Source: Mobula birostris
Lineage: Eukaryota
Assembly: GCF_030028105.1 (NCBI RefSeq)
Contig: NC_092376.1
Span: 178,660,080-178,724,079, forward strand
Reading direction: 5' to 3'
Length of the DNA: 64,000 nt
Part shown: in pieces, positions 1 through 10,403 of the stretch
Numbering within the stretch: the stretch's first letter is position 1
Layout of the letters: every line of letters begins with the position of its first letter
The notes under the pieces: model-generated
The model's database searches: none
Told to the model about the DNA's origin: nothing
Seen by the model: only the letters and a program-made list of their open reading frames with translations
Program-made: the position numbers and the translations under genes

Positions 1-1699
1 TTAAAGTAATTGCCATGATTTGGTTGTTTACTATAAATATGCCGTACCAACCACGATTAAGGGAAGATGATAGTACAATTGATCCAATTAATAATCATGG
101 GTAACATCAATTATCGGGCTGGCCGATTGGCAACAACTCATTCCATAGGCCGAGCTCCACTCCCCACCCACGTACTCTCCACCACTATGACCCAGCGCCC
201 GAACCACTTGAATAATTCGCTTGCTAATCAGGTTTCAAATACATTGATCGGAATTTATTATAGTAACAATGCTTATTTCTGGAGCGTTTAAGAGGTAATA
301 TTAGAAAATAACAACACTATTTTCTTCTCCCTGCTGTTAATTATTCGAACGGTTTGTGAGGTTGCACAGACTTGAATTGTTTGTATCATTTTTGTTTCCT
401 AGTGAAAAAACAGTATTAGAGACATGAATCTTTACTTCATGAACTGACCATAAAGTTAAGACCTTGTCTGGAGGCAAAGAAACTTTGTGAGATACTTTTA
501 GATTTAATAGGGCACGTTATGTGCAGTGTATATTTACCCCCAAGGCAGTTTATTCCAATAGACCGTTCCGATGTTTTTCCTCCATAAAACCCTTCTGTCC
601 TCCGCATTCTTCATCCACCGCCAGCGGCATGGTACTATTTCTCTTGTGCTTATCAATCTTTCGCTTACAGGTATTTTTGCTATTTGACAAAATGCGGTGC
701 TATGTTTCCCGGTCTTTAAATGAAATTGTTTTCTTTGAATTACCTGTTGGTTTATATTGTTTGATTATTGCTAGGATGTCTGATCTTTGGGCATCTTATT
801 TCATCGTAAGGTTTTCTAATGGAAACATTTTCCTCTTTATTTAGACTTAGAAACGTTATCAAATCAGCCCACTGCCTTCCCTATTCAGCAAATTTCTCAA
901 CCTTTTTTGTAAATTTACAATTTAGCCTGCAAAATAGCATTGTTTTGTGTGTTTTTTTCTCCTACGCCTCCATGAAGTTTTCAAATATACTTTCTAACCA
1001 AACTTAAAGCGATTCTTCTCTGTCCTTAAATTCCTTCCTGCTGTAGCTGGTTAGCTGCACTCGGTGGCTGCGTTCCTTATAAATGACTTATTCTGCAGGA
1101 TTAGTTTTTAATGTCTTTCTTATTTCTATCTTCAATCAAATTTCCATTAAATCCCCATTAAATTCTTAATTTTCATGTATTGCAGTATTCTACTCTTCGA
1201 AATTATAGTACTATACAGATTATCCTTATGTTGTTTTTCAATTAATTCAATACGATTAGATTATAATTAAATTCCGTTTTGAAATCCACAGTCCATATGT
1301 TTTCTTATACTTTTGAATGATTACTTTATACTGGGATAAGTTACAAATACAGCTTTCAGCATAGGTTGCCTTTCATGGCACTGACATTATGGCTTTGGTA
1401 TACAGTTCACCAATAAAATTTAATACTTATTTAGGAACAAAATTATGAATATATGCCTACTCGCACCGTGATAAGAAACACCTTTACTATTGTACGTTGC
1501 ATTTGGTAATCGCTAACTGTTTTCTTTTCAAACTTTATCGAAGAATTCCCCTTGGAACAGAGATTTTAACTTTAATACTGATTAATTCATTGGTTTACGC
1601 TCTTCGAAATCTCCTAGAATTGTTATAAATACTTTTTTCCAGATATATAGGATTTGCTCGTGTCTACAGAGACCACACGGGCGTAGATGATTTTAAGTG

Positions 1700-2330
1700 C
1701 TGGCACAGATGGACAGAGTCGAGGAGAAGGGGAGGCGTTTGGCAGGCTTGCCTTCGTTAGTTAGTGTATTACATAGAAGTGTTAGGACACCAAGCTGCGC
1801 TGTACATGTTGTTGGTGAGACTACATACGGAATACAGCATGTAGTCCTGGTCGGCCAGATATGAGAACGGTAGAAAAGGTGCAGATAAGATTAATGAGGT
1901 TACTATAAGGACTGGAGGACTTGAGTTTCTGAGACAGGCTGGATGGCCTGGGATTTTCCCCCCCCTGGATCCAGTTTGCTAATGTGTTACCTGATAGAGG
2001 TGCATAGTTACGTTCGATGGTCGCAGATTTTTTCTCAGTGCAATGGAGTCTATAATTAGAGGACATAGATTTAAGTTGAGAGAGAGAAACGTTTAAAAAG
2101 GGACCAGAAGTAGGTCTTTATGACACATACAGATGTATAGAATGATCTGGCAGAGGAAGGTCTAGAGGCGGGTACAAATTCAATGTTTATGCGACCTTTA
2201 GAAGATTCATGGAGAGAAAATGTGTACAGTGATCACAGTTAATCGTAGTGAAGTGCGACCAGCTTGGTCAGACGTTTTGGTCTGCATGGCCGATAGGCCA
2301 ACATATTTGTTTCTCTCTGTTGTAACTGTT
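1700..2330 (+). mobile_element. Degenerate CR1 LINE 3' fragment
   Basis: Decayed match to the CR1 RT C-terminus and 3' UTR seen intact at 38100-38826 (e.g. gaaaaggtgcagataagatt, agaggacatagatttaag). No open frame. Confidence 0.7.
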
Positions 2331-3219
2331 CGACATCTGTCATACGCTGTCTGTGCTGGATATAAACCCGAATAACAACTGCCCAAACAGGCTATGAAAC
2401 GATTCTGGAACTTCTGTCAAATTAGCTGAGCTTGTTTGTGCACGCGTTAGGGCTTGAAGGTCAGAAACAGAATTCATTATCTTTGCGTTTAGTTTTTTTT
2501 CTGCTTTAATTTCCGATGTAGGAGATAAACCAAGATAACAGTGACTTAAACAAAAAACTATTAAAAGATTCTGCAATTTTTGTCAAGCTAGGTGAGCTTA
2601 CTCTGTGCAATGGCTGGAGGCTGAATGTCATAAATAGAATGCTTTCGCTTTCGCGTTTATTTTTTTTTCTGCTTTCTTTTCCTTTCCAGTCGTTTCTCAG
2701 TTTCTTTACATTTTATTTTGCCTTCGATATCCTCTGTGGATTTACGTTAAATACAACAATGCTGAAAGGAAAAGAAAAAAAAAAACTCAACAAGCGAGGC
2801 AGCGTTATGGGAAGGAAAACACTTAACGTTTCGGGATCTGAAGCTGAAACTCTAACTCGCCTTCTGCCTGACCTGTTGAGTTTTTACAATATTCTGTTAC
2901 TTCTTTCAGAATTCTGGCACCGTAGACTTTTCATGCTTTAAATGGAATTGAAGTACAGGTGTAAGTTTACCTGATTCGTTTCATTAGTGCTTCTTTCTCA
3001 TTTCTTAGCCGAGTTGCCTCGAACCAGGGACAGTGCATTTTATAGTGGACTATGTTGTCTTTAACCTAACCGTTTAACCGTTAAAATATTTCTAGTAGCT
3101 TTATATTTATGAAACTGCATTAGGTTAAATTCCCATCTTCTGGTCTGAGAAGGCTGAAATGAACAACCCACGATTTATTACATTGAGTTTCGTTTTATCC
3201 TTTAGTCTGAAACCAGGGA

Positions 3220-3712
3220 AATTTCTCGAGATTCGAGGGAATAGATATAGGATGGAGAGGACGAGAAATGGTTGTCGCCGGAGAGTAGGGAGGGGAGAAT
3301 GCAGGAGAATGATGTTGAGAAGGATAATAGATCAGCCACGATGGAATAGCGAGGCAGCTTCAATCAACCAAATTCCCCAATTATACTATTATAATCGTAT
3401 GTATGCACAAAGGGAAAAGAATCTCAGGGTTGCATGTGGCGACATGTATGCACTCTGATAATAAATTTTACTTTGAAATTTCAACTTTCATGGTCTTGAA
3501 TTGTGAAATTCTATGCCCAGGGAAGCATTAGAGTCTATTGTATTGTTAAAACACAGTTAAATAGACTTCAGTATAGCAGGGAACTGAGGGTTATGAGGAA
3601 AAGGCAGATAGCTGGAAGAGAGGTTACACAGAGAAAGCCATGATCTTATTCAAGTGGGGACAATCTCCATTGCCAAATAGCCTACTCCTGCTTCTAATTT
3701 TTATGTTCTTAT
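3220..3712 (+). mobile_element. Short CR1 3'-end fragments with an intervening Rex1-type tail
   Basis: CR1 3' UTR motif gcctactcctgcttct plus a ttatgttc tail near 3680-3712. Rex1-like tail aatctcagggttgcatgtggcgacatg...ataaattttactttgaa at 3420-3478. Confidence 0.55.
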
Positions 3713-4256
3713 GTTTACCAGTCATAGGTCCCATATTTTTTTCTTGAAAGACCAGATTCAAGGTGTCTGTGCGAATGAATGTGTGTGTTGGGCATGGAGA
3801 AGATGTGAGTAAATATACGTATTCTCACAATAATCATTAAGCACTAAGTGCTGTATGCGCAACGATTTAACATGGCCATTTAGGTTATCATTTGTTTCAC
3901 AACAACACTCCAGTTGTTTCTTAAATGCAACAAAACGGTTGACATTCCGGTCTCTTCAAACGCTGTCCAGCTCTCCAGTAGCGTAAGGCAATTTCTATAC
4001 ATGTTCTTCCTCCAGCCTAACATTCTCATTCCCAACATTCTTGAACGCTTTACATTGCAGAATCATGTGCCAAATCAGAAATTCTTTGTCCTCTGTTATA
4101 GAGGATGTTGGCATAATTGGAGTGAGACGACAGATTTTGATGGGTATTTATATGAGAAGTCACATGGTTGAGACGGATTAATGTAATTGCTGAATTTCTT
4201 GAGTACAAAAGGATGCGGTTTCGATTCATTGGTTGCCAAGAAATACAACAATTATA

Positions 4257-4569
4257 AAAAGGCATCCGTTAGTCTTGTGAGACCATGGACCTGCACCTGG
4301 AAAGTCTTCACTCTCCAGGGCGCAAGGCTGGGAAAGGTTCTATGGAAGACCAGCAGTTGCCTATGCTGCAAGTCTCCACTCTCCATGACACTGATGTTGT
4401 CCAAGGGAAAGGCATTAGCACCCATACACCTTGGCACCAGTGTCGTCGCAGAGCAATGTGTGATTAAGTGCCTTGCTCAAGGACACAACACGTTCCCTCG
4501 GCTGGCACTCGAACTCACGACCTTCAGGTCACTAATCCAATGCCTTAACCACTTGGCCACATGCCACAC
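4257..4569 (-). mobile_element. tRNA-derived SINE
   Basis: Minus-strand head has A-box TGGCCAAGTGG and B-box GTTCGAGTGC, followed by gtgtccttgagcaaggcacttaa. 12-bp TSD ACAACAATTATA at 4245-4256 and 4570-4581. A second copy lies at ~44714-45012. Confidence 0.85.
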
Positions 4570-4879
4570 ACAACAATTATATTTCCAAGTCATAGTGCGC
4601 TTAAGTTGTGATGAGGTCGAAATTCATGAAGTAACAACTATTCAGATGTCAACAGTTTACATTTATATGTCAAGATATCCAAAGAATTTCTCGTAAATAG
4701 CTGTTGTACTGTTAATCTTGGCACCAATTGGGGAAGCTGACCGTTTCGAAACTCAATGATCAATACTATCAAGACACTAAAACACTCATTTTAACATGTT
4801 TGCTACGAGGATAATGTAAATGCAGATGATCTGTCAATCTGTATTTTAATTGCAACACACAAAATTCCCGTTGCAGTCC

Positions 4880-4990
4880 AGCTTTAAGAACTGCATTTAA
4901 CAGTTATTGACAAGGCTCATTATGCTACCGACAGCCAATAGGCATCCACTTTCTGTGGGAGATCCATTGCCCCTCCTCGCTGGTGACGGA
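4880..4990 (+). promoter_or_regulatory. Pcdh promoter block (CSE position degenerate)
   Basis: AGCTTTAAGA 4880, TTATTGAC 4904, CCAAT 4935, GATCCATTGCCCCTCC 4961. Same order and spacing upstream of all four Pcdh ORFs. Confidence 0.75.
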
Positions 4991-5144
4991 AAGGATTTTT
5001 CATTGATATTGCGGACTTATAGCTTCGAGAAACATTATCAGTGTGAATTCTGCATATAGTACACCGGTCAAAGGGTTTAACTATCGTTAGAGCTCCTGAA
5101 ACAATTATACAGATATAAAAGGATAATAATCTGGCGCAGAGACA

Positions 5145-7535
5145 ATGGTGAATTCGCAGAACAACAACGCCATGTTACTGTTGATGCTGAATTTTATTCT
5201 CCTTTTCATACTGAGACAGGGACTGGGTCTGATTCGCTTTTCTATTCCAGAGGAATTGGAATATGGCTCTTCTGTCGGGAATATTGCTGAAAATTTAGGA
5301 CTAATCGCTCGAGAATTATCATTACGAAAATGTCGCCTAGTCTCCGGTGACGGAAGCCGGTATCTAGAGGTAAATTTAGAGACTGGGCTCCTGTTTGTGA
5401 GCGGTCGGATAGACAGAGAGCAGCTTTGTACACAGGGTCCTACTTGTAATATTGCCTTTCAGATAGTTCTAGAAACCCCCCTCGAAATGTACCGCGGGGA
5501 AGTGGAGATTCTTGATATAAATGATAATCCGCCCTCGTTCCAAGAAAACACCATTGTCTTGCAAATGTCTGAATCTGTTGCACCGGGTACCCGCTTCCCA
5601 CTAGAGAGCGCACTTGATCCAGACGTGGGATCAAACACAGTTAAAACGTATACCATCACTCCCAACGAGAACTTTGGTTTGAAGGTGCACATCAGAAAGA
5701 ATACTGTTATAAATGCAGAATTGGTGTTAGAGAAACCTTTGGACCGTGAGAAACAGGCATCTTTTGATCTTGTACTGACGGCCGTTGACGGCGGCAATCC
5801 TCCGAGATCCGGCACAACTCAAATCAAAATCAATTTGTTGGACATCAATGATAATGCGCCTATGTTCGAGAATGATGTGTATACGGCAAGACTGAAAGAA
5901 AACGCACCAACAGGAACCTTAGTGATCAAAATCAAAGCTGTCGATCTGGACCAAGGTAATAATGCCGAGTTAAAATATTCGTTCTCTAATCTTATCCCAG
6001 AGAGAGTGCGTGAATTATTCAGTCTGGACGCTGAAACTGGAGCGATCAAAGTTCGGGAACAGCTGGACTTTGAGAATGAGCAAAGTTATGAACTTGATGT
6101 CCAGGCTGTGGACAATGGCTCACCATCAATTACAGGACATGCCAAAGTGCTGATCGATTTGATTGATGTAAATGATAATGCCCCGGAGATAACAGTGACC
6201 TCCATATCTGGCAAAATCCCCGAAGATGTTGCGCCCGGAACAGTTGTAGCTCTACTGGACGTTACAGATCACGATTCAGGAGCAAACGGACTAATTCGCT
6301 CTGAAATTCCTCTGGGCCTTCCCTTTAAAATTGAGTCATCCCAGAACAGCCATTATAAAGTGACCACCACTCGTCCGTTGGATCGGGAAACCGCACCGAC
6401 CTATAAGATACCTGTCACAGCCTGGGACGCCGGGTCTCCTCCATTATCAACAAATAAAACTATCGAGATATCGGTGTCTGATGTTAATGACAACACACCA
6501 CAATTTTCCCAATCTTCCTACGCCGTCTATGTGATGGAGAACAACTCTCCAGGTGGGTCTATTTTCACACTGACTGCGATTGATTCTGATATGGACCAGA
6601 ACTGCTATATTTCTTATTCCTTTTGGGGGAATTTGCAGGATTCGCTGGTGCTCACTTACTTCAGTATTAACTCGATGAACGGTACCATTTGCGCATTGCG
6701 CTCATTTGACTATGAGAAGGTCAAAAGCTTCCAGTTCCATGTTCAAGCCCGTGACGCCGGAGTGCCCCCGCTGAGCAGCAGCGCTACAGTGAATGTCATC
6801 ATCCTGGATCAAAATGACAACGCTCCGGTAATTGTTTCACCTTCAGCACAGAGTGGGACTGCAGCGGTGGTGATCCTGCCACAGTCAGCGGGTCAGGGAT
6901 ACTTGGTCACCAAAATCATAGCAACTGATGCAGATTCTGGTCAGAACGCTCGGCTCTCTTACCAGATATTTGAAGCAACCGATCTCACTCTCTTCAGTGT
7001 GGGGCGTATTTCAGGCGAAATCCGAACAGCAAGGCGTATTTTGGACTTGGATGATACCTCGCAGAGTATAGTCGTCTTAGTGAGGGATAATGGACAGCCG
7101 AGTCTGTCAGGTACAGCCTCAATCTTTTTGTCAATTTTGGGCAATGTTACCGAGACAATCCCTGAAACTAAGGATTTTCATAGTAATCCTGGTTATGTTT
7201 CGGATATAAATCTTTATTTGCTTGTCACCTTCGGATCAACATCGGTTTCGTTCCTTCTGATCATCGTCTTCTTGGTGGTCTTAAAGTGTAAACAAGATGC
7301 TGGTATTGTTCAAGATGGCGGCTGCCCGATTTGTTGTTCCTGGCCGAGGAACTCGAGGGAAGTATATATGCAGGGAGATGCGCCAAGGGATCCCTTAAAT
7401 TGTACTGGAACTGGTCAGACTGCACCCTTTCCAGAAAGATATCATTACTCGGTATGCTTGTCACCGGAATCATCGAAGAGCGAATTTCTTTTCCTGAAAC
7501 CCTACAATCCTTCCTTTTCTCAAGGTCAACGCTAA
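5145..7535 (+). CDS. Clustered protocadherin, 796 aa (variable-exon type, apparently single-exon)
   Basis: Signal peptide. Six cadherin repeats with PEE, DRE and DxNDNxPxF motifs. EC1 Cys-X5-Cys (CTQGPTC). TM LYLLVTFGSTSVSFLLIIVFLVVL. Tail motif YSVCLSPESSKSEFLFLKP. Start context ACAATGG. Confidence 0.95.
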   Translation: MVNSQNNNAMLLLMLNFILLFILRQGLGLIRFSIPEELEYGSSVGNIAENLGLIARELSLRKCRLVSGDGSRYLEVNLETGLLFVSGRIDREQLCTQGPTCNIAFQIVLETPLEMYRGEVEILDINDNPPSFQENTIVLQMSESVAPGTRFPLESALDPDVGSNTVKTYTITPNENFGLKVHIRKNTVINAELVLEKPLDREKQASFDLVLTAVDGGNPPRSGTTQIKINLLDINDNAPMFENDVYTARLKENAPTGTLVIKIKAVDLDQGNNAELKYSFSNLIPERVRELFSLDAETGAIKVREQLDFENEQSYELDVQAVDNGSPSITGHAKVLIDLIDVNDNAPEITVTSISGKIPEDVAPGTVVALLDVTDHDSGANGLIRSEIPLGLPFKIESSQNSHYKVTTTRPLDRETAPTYKIPVTAWDAGSPPLSTNKTIEISVSDVNDNTPQFSQSSYAVYVMENNSPGGSIFTLTAIDSDMDQNCYISYSFWGNLQDSLVLTYFSINSMNGTICALRSFDYEKVKSFQFHVQARDAGVPPLSSSATVNVIILDQNDNAPVIVSPSAQSGTAAVVILPQSAGQGYLVTKIIATDADSGQNARLSYQIFEATDLTLFSVGRISGEIRTARRILDLDDTSQSIVVLVRDNGQPSLSGTASIFLSILGNVTETIPETKDFHSNPGYVSDINLYLLVTFGSTSVSFLLIIVFLVVLKCKQDAGIVQDGGCPICCSWPRNSREVYMQGDAPRDPLNCTGTGQTAPFPERYHYSVCLSPESSKSEFLFLKPYNPSFSQGQR

Positions 7536-10145
7536 TACACAAAGATGTGGTAAACGCGAGTGTTTTACAAAATTATAATATTTACTTCATTTTGCGGTAA
7601 AATGCCTTTGAAATATCAGTCATGATTTGGTTGTTCACTAGAGCATGCTGTAATAAACACGATGGTGTTATGCAGGGTAGACGATAGTCATCATTAAAAT
7701 CATCTGTTTACTAACCATGGTACCGCAAATTACCTAGCCGGCTGATCCACGCTAACCGATTCCATAACTGATCTTGTCCCTACCACCTGTACCGCTCAGC
7801 GGCGACCCACTTGAATAATTCACTTGCTGAACAGGTCTCCAAAACATTCACGGAATAGATTATCATGACAATACTCACTCCTCGAGTGATTAAGAGGTAA
7901 TTAAAAAAAAAACAACCCATTTTCTTATCCCTGCTCTTTGTTATTCATTGGAACGACTGGCAAATTTGCAGAGACTCTTCTGAATTTTTTTTGTGTCATT
8001 CGAGATTCCCCATGAAACCACAGTATTAGAAATATTAACGTTTAATTCTTGAACTGAACACTAACCGAAAACCTTACGCGAATGCAAAGATACATTGCAA
8101 GGTGCTTCCAGCTTTAATAGGAAGCGTCTTACTTCATGCTCAGTTATATATTTACCCCCAAGGCTATTTATTCTATTATACCGTGTTTTATTCTCCATAA
8201 AACCTGCCCTCCTCCGTATTCTTCATGAGCCTCCAGCAGCATTCGTACTTTTTAACATGTGCTTTATCAAGCTTTCGTTTAGACATATCTGTTATTGGAC
8301 TAAATGCGGTGTCGTGTTCCTCAGACTTTAATTGAATTTATTTTCCAAGAATTACATGTTGATTTATTAATATCTGATGATGGTTAAGATCTCTGATCTT
8401 TGGGCAAGTTATTTCATCATACGGGTTGATAATGAATACATTTTTCTCTTGATCAGACTGTTATATTATCTCAGAAACTTTATCAAACAAGCTCACTGAC
8501 TTCCTTATTCAGCAATATTCTCAAACTTCCTTGAGTTACAGTTTAGCCCGCAACATGGCATCGTTTTGTATAATTTTCTTCTATGCCTCCATGAAGTTTT
8601 CAAATATATTTCCTAATCAAATTTATAGCTTTTGTTCTTTAATTCCTTTCGGCTCGCGGCGCTTGAAGGTTGCCTTCTTTATAAACAGAATATTCTGTTA
8701 GATTAGTTCTTAATGATTTTCTTCTTTGTATCTTTTGTCAATTTCCAACAAATCCCCATTCATATTCTTAATTTTCATGTATTACAATTTTGTACTTACC
8801 GAAACAGTAGCACCATACACATTGTCCTTGTCTACACTTTGTGCTATTTTCAATTAATTCACAATGCTTGGTTATACTTTGCTATGGTTTTGTTATACTT
8901 AGATTACTTACAAATGCAACTTTCAGGATAGTTTACCTTTCATGACATTGGCATTACGATAGCTGATCTGTAATTCACCACTAAAATTAATGCCTGTTTA
9001 GGAAGAAAAGTTATAAATAGTTGTCTGCTCCCACTGTGGTAGGAAACACCTTTGCAATGATCGCATCTAAACGTCATATTTGGTTATATTTAACTGTTTT
9101 ATTTTCAAACTTTGTGGATGCATTCGAATTGGATCAGAAATTTTAACCTTAATTTTCATTAAATCATTGGCTTTAACTCTCCCAGAATTGTTTCACTTAT
9201 TTGTTCCAGAAGCATATTGAGACGTCGGTGTGGACAAAGACTGTACCGGGCTTCAGGTACACAGATGCGTTTAAATGCTAACACAGACAGATAGCGCGAA
9301 GAAGAAGGGAAGCCGTTTGGCACACTTGCCATCAATGGTTAATGCACTGGCTACCACTGTTAGGACGCGATGTCAAGTATAACTGTCTCTGGTATAACTG
9401 TACGATTCTTGTCATATGCTATCTACCTTGCAGATAAACCAAGATAATAGTGACTTAAATTTTTTTAACAAGATTCTGCAATTTTTGTCAAGCTAGGTGA
9501 GCTTACTGTGTGCAACGGTTGGAGGTTGAATATCCTAAATAGATATTTTTGCTTTCGCGTTTAGTTTTTTTTCTCTCTGCGTTCTTTTCCTTTCCGATTG
9601 TTTCTCAGTTTCATTACATTTTATTCCCCCTTGTTATCCTCTGCGGATTTAAATTAAAAACAGCATTGCTGAACAAAAATTCAACAGCAGAGGCTTCGTT
9701 TGTGGAAAGAAATATACCTAACGTTTCAGGTTCTGAGGCTGAAACTTTAACTAGTCTTCTTTCCATATGTGCTACCCGAGCTGCTGAGTTCTTGCAATAT
9801 TTTATTACCTCCTTCAACAATCCGACAGCGTGAATTTTTCATCATGCGGCTAACTTTCTCGATTACGAGCTTAAAATATTTATATCAGTTTTATACATGT
9901 GCCAATAGTTTATGTTTACATGTCAAGGTATCCAAGGAATTTTTCGCAAACAGGTGCTTAATGGTTAATCATGGAATCAAACGATCTCGAATATATGGGC
10001 GCTGACCGTTTAGAATACCAATTATTGATACTATCAAAACACTAAATTACTAATTTTAAAATATTTTCTACAAGAATAATATTAATGCAAATAATTCTGT
10101 CAATCTGTATTATAATTGCAGCACACTAAATTCCCAATGCAGACT

Positions 10146-10255
10146 AGCTTTAAGAACAGCATTCTGCAGTTATTGACAGGGCTCTTACGCCGCCACCAGC
10201 CAATAGTATTCCACTTTCAGTGGGAGATCCATTGCCCCTCCTCGCTGGTGTCAGA
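10146..10255 (+). promoter_or_regulatory. Pcdh promoter block (CSE core CGCC variant)
   Basis: AGCTTTAAGA 10146, TTATTGAC 10170, CCAAT 10200, GATCCATTGCCCCTCC 10226. Confidence 0.75.
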
Positions 10256-10403
10256 AAGGATTTTCCATTGACATTGTGGAACACCAGCTCTAAGGGACAT
10301 TATTTGTATGTAGATACATCAGTCAAAAGGATTTATTACCGATACAGCTGCCGAAACGGTCGCAGAGATATAATAAGGATAACAGACTTTCATTGCAGAG
10401 ACA

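Noticed and set aside
4490-4566. tRNA gene
   Set aside because: A and B boxes belong to a SINE head flanked by a TSD, with a second copy at 44.7-45.0 kb.
4187-4696. 169-aa ORF
   Set aside because: Runs through the antisense strand of the SINE, has a non-ATG start and no recognisable domain.
5772-5800. Exonic CTCF site in the LTAVDGG codons (gccgttgacggcggc), analogous to the Pcdh-alpha exonic CBS
   Set aside because: Weak match to the CTCF consensus by eye, explained by protein constraint, and not preserved in gene 4. It needs a PWM or ChIP test.
5242-7542. Antisense ORFs over the Pcdh genes (also over the other paralogues and CR1 copies)
   Set aside because: Shadow frames of coding sequence. 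Their recurrence reflects paralogy only.
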